Assembly (NCBI GenBank): GCA_027320085.1
Contig: DAHVLZ010000036.1
Location: forward strand, 32,001-96,000
Reading direction: 5' to 3'
Length of the DNA: 64,000 nucleotides
From: Pseudomonadota bacterium
GTDB lineage: Bacteria; Pseudomonadota; Gammaproteobacteria; JAKAQQ01
In this document: one piece after another, positions 50,355-59,592 of the stretch
How the letters are laid out: every line of letters starts with the position of its first letter
How positions within the stretch are numbered: the first letter of the stretch is position 1
Program-made: the position numbers and the translations under genes
Notes under the pieces: generated by a model
Told to the model about the DNA's origin: nothing
What the model saw: the letters and a program-made list of their open reading frames with translations, nothing else
The model's database searches: none

Positions 50355-51626
50355 TCAGGTTTCAGAGTGGATTCGGTAGGTCGCAAGGTAGCGGGCAAAC
50401 TGCTCACGGATAAGCGCCGGAGGCATGCTTTTGACCAGCGGCTTCTGAAAACGATTGGGTCGATAGCGTCCGGCCTGCGAATTCGTGAGGTATTTTCTGA
50501 AATCCATATATTGTTCCTCCGACCAGGGCCAGCCCAAAAACCCGTAGAGCCGTTCCATGATTCCGACCGGATCCCGCGTCAGCTCGTCATAAAAAACATG
50601 GGTCACGCGTCCCTCTCGGCTTGCTGAAGCTTCCGAAAAGGCAATGATCCGGTTGGCTCCCTCAACCCAGCGGTCGGTCACCTTGTGCCGTATCTGTTCC
50701 AGCCCAATATTGTCGCTAAACAAACCATGCAAGAGGGCGGTCAGTGCCACAACCGAGGGGAGAACCGAGGCCGGATCACGGTGGGTCACAATGATCCGTG
50801 CATCGGGATAGGTCCGGAGAAGCCCGTCTAAGGTAAACACGTGGTCCGGAGCCTTGAGCACCCAGCGCCCGGATCTGCCTCGGTGCTGAAGCAGCTGGAG
50901 AAAGCGGCGATGCAGTGCATAGGCGGGTTCTGGATCCCGCTGGTCCATCCATCGGAGGTACGAGGGAATCTCGTAGGTGCCATCAAAGCGGTAACTCTCG
51001 AAGCTGTGGCTCAGTATCTCGCTGCATTCTTGGGGAGAGTTCCATGTGGTCGGATAGACGCTCTGGAACTCCGGCTCCAGGAAATCGAACCAGGCGAGTT
51101 CGCGTCGAACCTTCCGTTTCAATATCCGAAAATCCGGGGGGTATCCCCGACCTGGACGCGGATAGGTCACCTCCCAGACCTGTGGCGACCGATTGGCCGG
51201 ATCCTGAAGGAATAGCGTTTGAAGGAAGGTGCTGGCCGTTCGTGGTAGACCCGTGATGAAGACGGGAGCAGAGAGCCCCTCCTGCTCGATTGACGGATCA
51301 CGCTTCAGGGTTTCTGTGATCCAGAGCCGATTCACCAGCAGACGAAACGTATCCCAATGGAAGCTTAAACGACCGAGATGGCTAAGCTGAGCCTCGTCGA
51401 CAATGGTCTCTGAAAGCGTCCGGAGCGGCACCTCAACCGAAGGTTCGCCAAAGTCTACTAGTCCGGTTCTGCGGACTGCCTCTTCAAGAAGGTCATCGGG
51501 GTTGGCCCAATGATCCAGACCCGCAAGGCCAACCCAGAAGGGCCCCGTCCGGTTAACCAGGCCGCGGACGGATTTAGCCAACTGCCATCTCAGGGCATCA
51601 CGGAGACCGTTTAACTGCGTACTCAT
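50355..51626 (-). CDS. Sulfotransferase family protein
   Basis: PVFITGLPRTAST (PAPS loop), WVLKAP.H, YPDA..I.THRDP; alternative start at 51725. Confidence 0.88.
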   Translation of the reverse strand: MSTQLNGLRDALRWQLAKSVRGLVNRTGPFWVGLAGLDHWANPDDLLEEAVRRTGLVDFGEPSVEVPLRTLSETIVDEAQLSHLGRLSFHWDTFRLLVNRLWITETLKRDPSIEQEGLSAPVFITGLPRTASTFLQTLFLQDPANRSPQVWEVTYPRPGRGYPPDFRILKRKVRRELAWFDFLEPEFQSVYPTTWNSPQECSEILSHSFESYRFDGTYEIPSYLRWMDQRDPEPAYALHRRFLQLLQHRGRSGRWVLKAPDHVFTLDGLLRTYPDARIIVTHRDPASVLPSVVALTALLHGLFSDNIGLEQIRHKVTDRWVEGANRIIAFSEASASREGRVTHVFYDELTRDPVGIMERLYGFLGWPWSEEQYMDFRKYLTNSQAGRYRPNRFQKPLVKSMPPALIREQFARYLATYRIHSET

Positions 51627-51678
51627 CTGAATCTGCCCACAGAGTGCCGGACGATGCCGAGCTGCGATACCTGAGCTT

Positions 51679-52677
51679 TCATGAAGCGGCTCCAGCACGT
51701 TTGTGCCGTATCCAACGCGATTCAACCCGTTGCCAGGAGATCAGCAGTGGCAACCCAAACAGGAGATCCCGGAAACGCGTGGCTAAGGAGATGGCAATAC
51801 CCATGGCTGGGCTCATTTGTCCGATCGGAGCGAGGAGGGCATAAACCGCTTCCTGGATTCCGATACCACCTGGCATGAAAAAAGTAAAGGAACGCGCCGC
51901 CCGACCGAGGCACTGGAGCAGGAGGGCAAACAACAGGCTGCTGGAAAGGTCCATGATACGGAAAATGACCCAGATCTCGATACCACCCGCACCGATACTG
52001 AGCATCTGCCAGAGCATACAACGGACAAGCGCCCCGGGCCGTCTGTAGATTTCCCGAACCGCCTTCCTGAGCGACTGGGGGTCAGATGGCGTCGGGGCCG
52101 ACCGAAAACGGGTAGCCAGGCGGAGTCCCTGCCGGGTCATCCATCCAAAAACTCGGCCATTGACCTGTGCCCAGAAAATCAGCCCCAGAATGATCGCTGA
52201 CCCTGCCAGAAGAAATCCCGCAACAACGGTGAGAGACGTCGCCCGGTGAAGCCACCCGAGCGCTGCAAGGAGTGTCATAAACACCAGCAGCCATTCACTC
52301 ACCACAGAGAGTGTTCCTTCGACAACCACGTTGGCCACGGCCTCGGCTAGTGGAACTCCTCGGATCCAGAGCAACCGGACGCCGGTCATTACTCCGCCCG
52401 CGCTGATGGGAACAAGAGCATTCATCGCCCCGCGGACGCAAGCGGCCCACCCAAGATAGGTGCGTGATAAGCGCTGACCCTGTTTCCAGAGCAGACCGCG
52501 CCAGCCTTCGCTGTCCAGCACAATGGCGAACACATGGAGGGGGACAAGCCAGAGAAGCCCCCATCCCGCGGTGATCAGCGCCCGCACGATGCCCTGCAGG
52601 CCAGAGCGAACCGCAAGCAGGACAATGCCCGCGATCCCGAGCGCCATAAGCAACGGGAGTCCGAAGGATCGTTTCAT
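51679..52677 (-). CDS. Lysylphosphatidylglycerol-synthase-TM / HpnL-like membrane protein
   Basis: Polytopic; N.L.P...GG, F.PGG.GIQE, SLA.R.RDL..G.P.L..WQ..E. Confidence 0.75.
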   Translation of the reverse strand: MKRSFGLPLLMALGIAGIVLLAVRSGLQGIVRALITAGWGLLWLVPLHVFAIVLDSEGWRGLLWKQGQRLSRTYLGWAACVRGAMNALVPISAGGVMTGVRLLWIRGVPLAEAVANVVVEGTLSVVSEWLLVFMTLLAALGWLHRATSLTVVAGFLLAGSAIILGLIFWAQVNGRVFGWMTRQGLRLATRFRSAPTPSDPQSLRKAVREIYRRPGALVRCMLWQMLSIGAGGIEIWVIFRIMDLSSSLLFALLLQCLGRAARSFTFFMPGGIGIQEAVYALLAPIGQMSPAMGIAISLATRFRDLLFGLPLLISWQRVESRWIRHKRAGAAS

Positions 52678-52863
52678 GAGCAGGTCGGCGTGGGAACTGG
52701 CTAATTTTATACCGGATAGGCGGATCAGGACCCAGAAACTGTCTAGCAGCTCTCCAACCGAAGGATCCGAATAGACGGTCCGACAGAGGCTCGGTTACAA
52801 TACGGAGATCGTGGATCCGCCAGTTTCTCAGTCCACCCAGCGTTATTGAGGAGTATCTGGACC

Positions 52864-53478
52864 ATGAAGTCGTCGGTGATTTTTTTGTTGTGCAGCATGA
52901 GCCTCGTCGTCATAGGTGGGACTGTACCGGCGTGGGCGGTAGTCGGCAGTGGTGCAACCTTGGCACAGAACGTCTGCTCAGCCTGCCATGGACCGGATGG
53001 CAACAGTCTCACCCCCAGTTTCCCGAAGCTTGCAGGCCAAGGGCAGGCCTACATCATTCATTCACTAAAGGATTTCAAGTCGGGACGTCGAAGCAACCCG
53101 ATCATGTACTCGATGGCTCAAACCCTGACTCCGGCAGAAATGGACTCGGTTGCTCGCTTCTTCTCGAAACAGAAGATGTCACCTGGCACGGCGAATCCCA
53201 AACTCGTGGCATTGGGCCTGCGGATTTTCCGCGGAGGCTTACCCAAACAAGGGGTTCCAGCTTGCATGGCCTGTCATGGACCGGCTGGCATGGGCAACGA
53301 ACCGGCGGTCTACCCTCGCCTTGCTGGCCAGTGGGCACCTTACCTGGTAAAACAGCTCCAAGCTTTTGCTCAGGGGAAACGAAAAAGCACGAATCACGGG
53401 ATGATGAACTATGTGGCCGCTCCCCTTACTCTGGTCCAGATGAAAGCGGTGGCAAGTTACCTTCAGGGGCTGCATTAA
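52864..53478 (+). CDS. Diheme cytochrome c4
   Basis: Signal peptide, CSACH and CMACH, P.LAGQ twice. Confidence 0.92.
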   Translation: MKSSVIFLLCSMSLVVIGGTVPAWAVVGSGATLAQNVCSACHGPDGNSLTPSFPKLAGQGQAYIIHSLKDFKSGRRSNPIMYSMAQTLTPAEMDSVARFFSKQKMSPGTANPKLVALGLRIFRGGLPKQGVPACMACHGPAGMGNEPAVYPRLAGQWAPYLVKQLQAFAQGKRKSTNHGMMNYVAAPLTLVQMKAVASYLQGLH

Positions 53479-53538
53479 ACTGACTCGAGAGCAACCGGAC
53501 GTCGAGTGTTTTTTCCGCTAGCCGGTCAACCCCCAGAG

Positions 53539-54270
53539 TTAGCTCCCGGATTCCGCAAAGCATTCCGCGAAAAACGCGAGCGCCGCCTTCCAAGCCCGTT
53601 CCGCAGATCGTGGCTCGTAGGCAAATCCCTGGCTAGCGTCACGTCCTGCCTTCGGGTTGGTAAAACTGTGTACTGTCCCACCGTACAAGGTGAGCTGCCA
53701 GTCGACCCCACGAGTTCTCATCTCCTCTTGGAACGCCGTTACATCAGGCGGCGGGACAAAAGGATCGTCCGCTCCGTGCAACGCAAGAACGGCGGCATGG
53801 ATCTTTGGTGTTCGCGATGCCGTGGATGGAGCCAGCCCGCCGTGAAAGCTGACGACGCCCCGGGTTGAAGCCCCGCTGCGTGCCAACTCGAGAACGGCCG
53901 TCCCCCCGAAACAGAATCCGATCGCGCCCGTTGCCTCCTTTCGGACTTGCGGATGTTTTTTCATCTCCTCAAGGGCGGCATTCACTCGGCCGCGCAGGAG
54001 TTGCCGATCTCCAGATCGGTATTCGGTCGCCATCCGCGCTGCCGCTTCGACCGTTTGCGGCCGGTTCCGAACGCCATAGAGGTCCGCGGCAAAGGCCAAG
54101 TAACCTGCCTGGGCTAGCCGCTGGGCAGATTCGCGCTCATGGTCACCGATCCCAAACCATTCATGGGCAATCAGAATTGCTGGGCGCGGCCCTGTCCCTT
54201 GGCCGTCGTAAGCGACGTATCCTTCCAAGTCCTCACTTTCGTGAGCGTACCTCACAATCTCGGTTTTCAT
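53539..54270 (-). CDS. Dienelactone hydrolase family protein
   Basis: HEWFG, GFCFGG, FHG, HGADD, HSFTNP. Confidence 0.92.
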   Translation of the reverse strand: MKTEIVRYAHESEDLEGYVAYDGQGTGPRPAILIAHEWFGIGDHERESAQRLAQAGYLAFAADLYGVRNRPQTVEAAARMATEYRSGDRQLLRGRVNAALEEMKKHPQVRKEATGAIGFCFGGTAVLELARSGASTRGVVSFHGGLAPSTASRTPKIHAAVLALHGADDPFVPPPDVTAFQEEMRTRGVDWQLTLYGGTVHSFTNPKAGRDASQGFAYEPRSAERAWKAALAFFAECFAESGS

Positions 54271-54324
54271 GGAGCCTCCTCCTCGAAAGAAAATGTTTGT
54301 GCGGAACAGGAGCCTCGGGGATGG

Positions 54325-54966
54325 CTAGGAGGAGCGGGCGCGCTCCCGTCCGAGCTTGAGTTCCCGGGCAATTTGGGCCACATGCCGTCCTTGGGTTTCC
54401 GCAATGGCCAGTTCGTTTGCCGAAGGCTGCCGCCGCCCATCCGAGCCGGACAGGGTACCTGCCCCGTACGGGCCTCCACCCGTAATCTCTTCGAGCGTGG
54501 AAAGCCGGGTCTCGCTGTAAGGCACTCCCGCGATGATCATGCCTTGATGAAGAAGCACCGGATAGAAAGTCAGGGCGGTCGTTTCCTGGCCCCCATGCTG
54601 GGTCGCGGTCCCCATAAAGACGCTCGCGACCTTGCCAATAAGGGCACCCTCCGCCCAGAGCATACCGGTCTGGTCGAGGAAATTCTTCATCTGGGCACAC
54701 ATGGTTCCATACCGGGTCGGGGTTCCGAAGAGAATGGCATCCGCATCACGAAGATCGTCGATTTGGGCCACGGGGACATGCGCAAAATTTTGGCGGGCGG
54801 CTTTGGCACCGGATTTTTCGAGCACAGCATCAGGGACCAGTTCCGGTACCTGGCTCACGATGACCTCGGTCTCGGGGACCGAACGGGCTCCCTCCGCCAC
54901 CTTTTCCGCCATCCGGTAGAGATGGCCATACATGCTGTAGAAAATGATACGAAGCTTGGTTTTCAT
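54325..54966 (-). CDS. wrbA: NAD(P)H:quinone oxidoreductase
   Basis: YSMYGH, GTPTRYG, QHGGQETT, GG.PYGA. Confidence 0.93.
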   Translation of the reverse strand: MKTKLRIIFYSMYGHLYRMAEKVAEGARSVPETEVIVSQVPELVPDAVLEKSGAKAARQNFAHVPVAQIDDLRDADAILFGTPTRYGTMCAQMKNFLDQTGMLWAEGALIGKVASVFMGTATQHGGQETTALTFYPVLLHQGMIIAGVPYSETRLSTLEEITGGGPYGAGTLSGSDGRRQPSANELAIAETQGRHVAQIARELKLGRERARSS

Positions 54967-55012
54967 GGATTAACCTCTATCAATGCTCACAGGGGGAAAT
55001 GGTGTAAATGGT

Positions 55013-55636
55013 TCAGCGGAGTTCTTTCCGGACACCCTTCGATGGATGTCTCACGATGACCGCATCGGCATTGAGAATCAGACGGACCCGGTTGGGCAGC
55101 ATCGGCAGGAAACCATCCACCCCGAACCAGGACCGCTCGAGTGAACCCCGGGCATCAAAACCGCAGGTTCGCTTCTGGTTGAGCGGGCTGATCGCACAGT
55201 GGATCCGGGTCACCTGAAGCACGACCTGATGTGACACACCCCTCATCGTGAGGATTCCCGTCAGGGTCGCCTGCTGCCGTCCGTGAAACACCACATGGGT
55301 CGAGTGGAAAAATAGGTAGGGGTAACTTTTGGCGTCAAAAAACGGCTTAGCCATGAGATCATGGTCGCGCGGTGCATAACCGGTATCGAGTGAACGTACC
55401 CAGATCTTGGCCACAACCGCAGCCTGACCGGTTTTCCGGTTGAGCCGGAGGTACCCACGAGTCTTATTGAACTGCCCATGGATCATGGAGAAGACAAGGT
55501 GCCGGATCTCAAACTGGGGGAAAGTATGTGGCGGGTTGAGCCGGTAAATGGCAGCGTGTGCTGAGCCAATACAGAGGGCAAGACTCAGCAGGGCAATCCA
55601 CGAAGGGGTGCCTTTTGGATGGTCAAGAGACATCAC
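55013..55636 (-). CDS. YceI family periplasmic protein
   Basis: Signal peptide, HT...F.I.H, G.F, SLDTG...RD, G.LT.RGV, R..FG. Confidence 0.88.
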   Translation of the reverse strand: MMSLDHPKGTPSWIALLSLALCIGSAHAAIYRLNPPHTFPQFEIRHLVFSMIHGQFNKTRGYLRLNRKTGQAAVVAKIWVRSLDTGYAPRDHDLMAKPFFDAKSYPYLFFHSTHVVFHGRQQATLTGILTMRGVSHQVVLQVTRIHCAISPLNQKRTCGFDARGSLERSWFGVDGFLPMLPNRVRLILNADAVIVRHPSKGVRKELR

Positions 55637-56528
55637 GGATACCTCCTGTGGGGATCACAAAGGGAAGGGTAGCATGCCCTGATCGAGCCGATTCTTCGAC
55701 CAGGATATGGAGGCCTAGACTCCCTAAGTCAAAAGCTTGATAGAAGGGAGCGAGCCCGTGGGGCTCAATCAGGGCACTGATTGCGAGCAGGGGACCATAA
55801 TGCTCAAGCGTGGGTAGCGCCCACCTGGCGTGTGGACCTCGGTCAGGATGGATAAGCGCCTTCAAATCAGGGTGGGCTGCAGCCTCAAGCACCCAGTCAG
55901 CAAACTGGCGTGCCCAGTCGTTTCCCTGCGGGTCGTGTTGCTCGTGCTCAAGCGCTCGAAGATTATGGACCAGCCCCCCACTTCCGATCCAGAGATAGGG
56001 TCGGTCTAACAGCGGGCGCAGCTGCTTGCCCCACTCCCACCATTGGGCTGGATCCTGGGTTTCGGGGAACCCGAGTGAGAAGACCGGGCGAGTGGGGTCA
56101 GGCCAGAGAAAGCTCAAGGGAAGCCAGACCCCGTGATCCAGTGGTCCCTCAGGCAGACTGGGCACCTGATGACCCATCACCTCGCTCAACTCCAGAGCGA
56201 GTCGGTTCGTGAGTGCCGCATTCCCGGGAGGTTCCCAGGACGCGTCATAGCACTCTTTGGGGAAACCGGAAAAATCGTAGGCAATCCGGCTTGACAGGCC
56301 CCCCCCGTAGAGGGTCGGTGCCCCGTGTCCATGGGCCGAAACCACAACAACCGCTTCGAAGTCCTGCCCGAGTCGTTCTCCAAGCTGTCCCCAGAACCAA
56401 GTTACCGGATGGTGATTAATAAGATAGATTGGGGATCCGTGACTCAAGAAAAGCGCAGGAGGTCGGTCCTGTGGTTTGCCGTATGGGGCATGTTTTTGGC
56501 GCGCCGCGAACCGATTATGGACTTTCAT
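55623..56528 (-). CDS. DODA/YgiD-type extradiol dioxygenase (LigB family)
   Basis: LFLSHGSP, SAH, YDF.GFP, LDHGVW.PL, GSGG.VHNL, PT.EH. Confidence 0.88.
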   Translation of the reverse strand: MKVHNRFAARQKHAPYGKPQDRPPALFLSHGSPIYLINHHPVTWFWGQLGERLGQDFEAVVVVSAHGHGAPTLYGGGLSSRIAYDFSGFPKECYDASWEPPGNAALTNRLALELSEVMGHQVPSLPEGPLDHGVWLPLSFLWPDPTRPVFSLGFPETQDPAQWWEWGKQLRPLLDRPYLWIGSGGLVHNLRALEHEQHDPQGNDWARQFADWVLEAAAHPDLKALIHPDRGPHARWALPTLEHYGPLLAISALIEPHGLAPFYQAFDLGSLGLHILVEESARSGHATLPFVIPTGGIRDVS

Positions 56529-56597
56529 GGGCCTATTGTAGCGATATTTTATAGATAAAATTGCTATAATTGTTTATTTGTTATTCGAAATTATCTA

Positions 56598-57512
56598 ATG
56601 ATCGATCTCGACCAACTCCGTCTCCTCCTTTTGATCACGGAGAGCGGAAGTCTCTCCGAAGCGGCCCGAAGGCTCGATCGGTCCCCTGCAACCCTGAGCT
56701 ATCAGCTGGCGCGCATTGAGAAAAGCCTGGGTCACGCACTTTTCAGCCGGGCCCACCGTCGCCTCACTCCAACTGCGTTTGGGACGATCGCCGTCGCCGA
56801 AGCTCGCACTCTCCTCGCCATCGCTGAATCCAAGTTTGAACGCCTTAGAACCTTGAGTCAGGGGGGGCAATATCGGATCCGGATGGCTGTGAGCGACCTC
56901 ATCCTCCCCGAACAGATCATCGAGCTCATCAACCGGCTACCACCTGATCAAAGGCCACCGGAAATTCTCTGGACCACAGAAGTGCTGCGCGGCTTGTGGG
57001 ATGCCCTCCAGACCGGCCGGGCCGACCTCGCCCTCGGCGTGGCGCTGCAGGGTTATCCTGCCGAGGGGATATTTCGCCTAGAACCCATCGGGGAGGTTCG
57101 ATTCCAATTCGCCATGCACCCCAACCACCCACTGGCACTGGAACCGGAACCTCTGGATCCAGAGAAAATCCGGCGCGAACGAACGGTTGCAGCCATCGAC
57201 AGTTCCCGCGTTCTTTCGCCGGGGCATTTTGGAATTCTCCCGGGTCAGGACCTGCTGCGTGTACCGGACCAAGCCGCAAAACGTCTTGCCATACTGGCAG
57301 GACTGGGGGTTGGGCACTTGCCCGAACACCTGATCCGTGAGGATCTTGCCACCGGGCGTTTGGTGACCCGCCGTAGCACTCTGAGTCCGACCGGATCTAC
57401 CCCGCTTTACCTCGCCTGGCGTGAAACTGATCCCATGGACCCACACGGCATCCTTGCCCATCTGCTCGAAGAAATCCGGGCGAAAAGCCGTGAGTCCTTT
57501 TGGTTTTCCTGA
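56598..57512 (+). CDS. LysR family regulator (YhaJ-like)
   Basis: GSLSEAA..L, LF.R, EVL.G.WDAL, GLGVG.LP; divergent from the dioxygenase operon. Confidence 0.9.
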   Translation: MIDLDQLRLLLLITESGSLSEAARRLDRSPATLSYQLARIEKSLGHALFSRAHRRLTPTAFGTIAVAEARTLLAIAESKFERLRTLSQGGQYRIRMAVSDLILPEQIIELINRLPPDQRPPEILWTTEVLRGLWDALQTGRADLALGVALQGYPAEGIFRLEPIGEVRFQFAMHPNHPLALEPEPLDPEKIRRERTVAAIDSSRVLSPGHFGILPGQDLLRVPDQAAKRLAILAGLGVGHLPEHLIREDLATGRLVTRRSTLSPTGSTPLYLAWRETDPMDPHGILAHLLEEIRAKSRESFWFS

Positions 57513-57558
57513 CGGTTCGGCGGTTGGCTTACAATCTTTTAAAGTCCAGGAGTTCTCA

Positions 57559-58161
57559 ATGAATCCTTCCATGCCCACCGTTGATCCGGCCATTGAGCAT
57601 CTCTTCGAACAGCATCTCGAAACCTGCCACCGCACCCGTACCGCTCTCGTTGAACACCTGAGTCGTGCCGCTCTGCTTCTGACCACCGCGCTTACTGCTG
57701 GACGGAAGATCCTCATTTGCGGCAATGGAGGTTCGGCCGCTGATGCGCAACATTTTTCTGCGGAACTCCTAAACAGATTCGAATCCGAACGCCAGCCCTT
57801 GCCCGCCATCGCACTCACGACCGATAGCTCCACATTGACCTCGATCGCTAATGACTATGCCTTCAAGGAAGTCTTTGCCAAACCCGTGAGAGCCCTCGGA
57901 CAGGCTGGAGACATCCTGGTTGCGCTATCGACAAGCGGAAAGTCCGACAACGTCAACGCAGCTGTAAGGGTCGCACAAGAGAAGGGGCTTGGAATCATTG
58001 CCCTGACCGGCCGCGACGGCGGGATCTTGGCCTCCCTGCTGCGCCCGAATGATATCGAACTCCGGGTCCCGGACCAGTCCACTGCCCGTATCCAAGAGAT
58101 GCACATTTTGATCCTGCATACCTTCTGTGCGGTGATTGACCGCCACCTCCCTCCCAAATGA
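57559..58161 (+). CDS. gmhA: Phosphoheptose isomerase (GmhA/DiaA family)
   Basis: CGNGGSAADAQH, IANDY, STSG.S, TARIQEMH; ATG after AGGAG. Confidence 0.88.
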   Translation: MNPSMPTVDPAIEHLFEQHLETCHRTRTALVEHLSRAALLLTTALTAGRKILICGNGGSAADAQHFSAELLNRFESERQPLPAIALTTDSSTLTSIANDYAFKEVFAKPVRALGQAGDILVALSTSGKSDNVNAAVRVAQEKGLGIIALTGRDGGILASLLRPNDIELRVPDQSTARIQEMHILILHTFCAVIDRHLPPK

Positions 58162-59567
58162 ACAGCGGAGTGGACCGATCGGCCCTCCGTCTCCTGCTCG
58201 GCCCCGAGCGCTGCCGTGAAGATCCGGCCAGTTGTCTGGCTTACGGTTATGACAATAGCCGGAGGACCAGCCAACCGGAGGCCGTCGTCTTTCCCGAAAC
58301 TATTGAGGAGATCCGTTGCATTATCGAATGGGCTGCTTGCCACCGGGTGCCAGTCGTGCCACGTGGTCTCGGAAGCAACACCACCGGAGCCAGCATCCCC
58401 GTGGCGGGCGGCCTTGTGATGTCAACCGAACGTATGAATCGTATCCTGGAGTTCGAACCCCGCGACCGGTTGATCATCGCACAAGCGGGCGTAACCAATG
58501 AAACGATCCAAAAAACTGCGGCTCGAGAGGGATTGTTTTGGCCTCCGGATCCGTCGTCGGCACCCTATTCGACCGTGGGTGGGAACATCGGAACCAATGC
58601 GGGCGGACCCCATGCAGTCCGCTACGGCACAACGCGGGACCACGTGCTGGGACTCGTCGCTATCGATGGACGTGGACATGTATTCCGGACCGGGGTCAAG
58701 ACGACCAAAAGTGCGATTGGCTATGACTTAACGAGATTGATTGTGGGATCTGAAGGTACGCTCGCAATCGTAGCGGAGGCAACCTTGAAACTGGTTCCAC
58801 GTCCGACGGAACGTCTCACCTACCGTGCTTTCTACGCTTCGCCAGAAGCCGCAACCGAGAGCCTGATTGGCCTTCTGAATCAGCCGATCCCTCCTTCAGC
58901 CATCGAGTTCATGGATAAAATCGCGATTGATCTGATCCGCGATAGAGTTCCAGGGCTTCCAAAAGGTGCCCAAGCGCTTCTTTTGGCCGAAATCGAGTCA
59001 GATCGCCCCTTCGAAAACGCCGACCGGGTCCGCCTCGAAAGGTGTCTCAGCCAGCACGGGCCTTTAGACCTCGACGTTGCCGAAAGTTTGGAGGCTGCAG
59101 CCCCGCTCTGGTTGGCACGGAAGTCACTATCCCCGGCCCTGAGGCGGGTAGGGTCAGGAAAAATCAATGAGGATATCGTGGTTCCCACGAGCCGCTTGCC
59201 AGAACTCCTGAGCGGCTTGACCAGACTGGGTGCCGAACATGAAACCACCATCGTGACCTTCGGACACGCAGGCAACGGGAACCTCCATGTCAACCTCATC
59301 TTCGACGAGGAAGATATAGCGGCGACTCAGCGGGCCCACCAAGCCCTGGAAGGGGTTTTCCGACTGGTACTTCGACTTGATGGGGCTCTTTCGGGCGAGC
59401 ATGGAATTGGTGTCAGCAAGCGCCCCTTCATGCTCTGGCAGCTAGATGAAGTCTCGCTCTCTCTTATGCGCGAGATCAAAAAAGTTTTTGATCCCATTGG
59501 ACTCCTCAACCCCGGCAAGCTTCTACCCGACCTCCCAGACTTTCCAAACTCGAATCCGGTAAAATAA
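58158..59567 (+). CDS. FAD-linked oxidase (GlcD / D-2-hydroxyacid dehydrogenase family)
   Basis: PPDPSS, GGN..TNAGG, GSEGTL, GHAG.GNLH, GEHGIG, NPGK. Confidence 0.9.
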   Translation: MNSGVDRSALRLLLGPERCREDPASCLAYGYDNSRRTSQPEAVVFPETIEEIRCIIEWAACHRVPVVPRGLGSNTTGASIPVAGGLVMSTERMNRILEFEPRDRLIIAQAGVTNETIQKTAAREGLFWPPDPSSAPYSTVGGNIGTNAGGPHAVRYGTTRDHVLGLVAIDGRGHVFRTGVKTTKSAIGYDLTRLIVGSEGTLAIVAEATLKLVPRPTERLTYRAFYASPEAATESLIGLLNQPIPPSAIEFMDKIAIDLIRDRVPGLPKGAQALLLAEIESDRPFENADRVRLERCLSQHGPLDLDVAESLEAAAPLWLARKSLSPALRRVGSGKINEDIVVPTSRLPELLSGLTRLGAEHETTIVTFGHAGNGNLHVNLIFDEEDIAATQRAHQALEGVFRLVLRLDGALSGEHGIGVSKRPFMLWQLDEVSLSLMREIKKVFDPIGLLNPGKLLPDLPDFPNSNPVK

Positions 59568-59592
59568 GCGGTTCCCCCTTCGGAACGACCGG

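Noticed and set aside
52864-53478. Cytochrome c4 plus aa3 oxidase as evidence of iron oxidation
   Set aside because: c4 near polA is widespread; no cyc2, rusticyanin or mto genes in the window
54139-55059. 306-aa plus-strand ORF
   Set aside because: Antisense shadow of wrbA with no recognisable motifs
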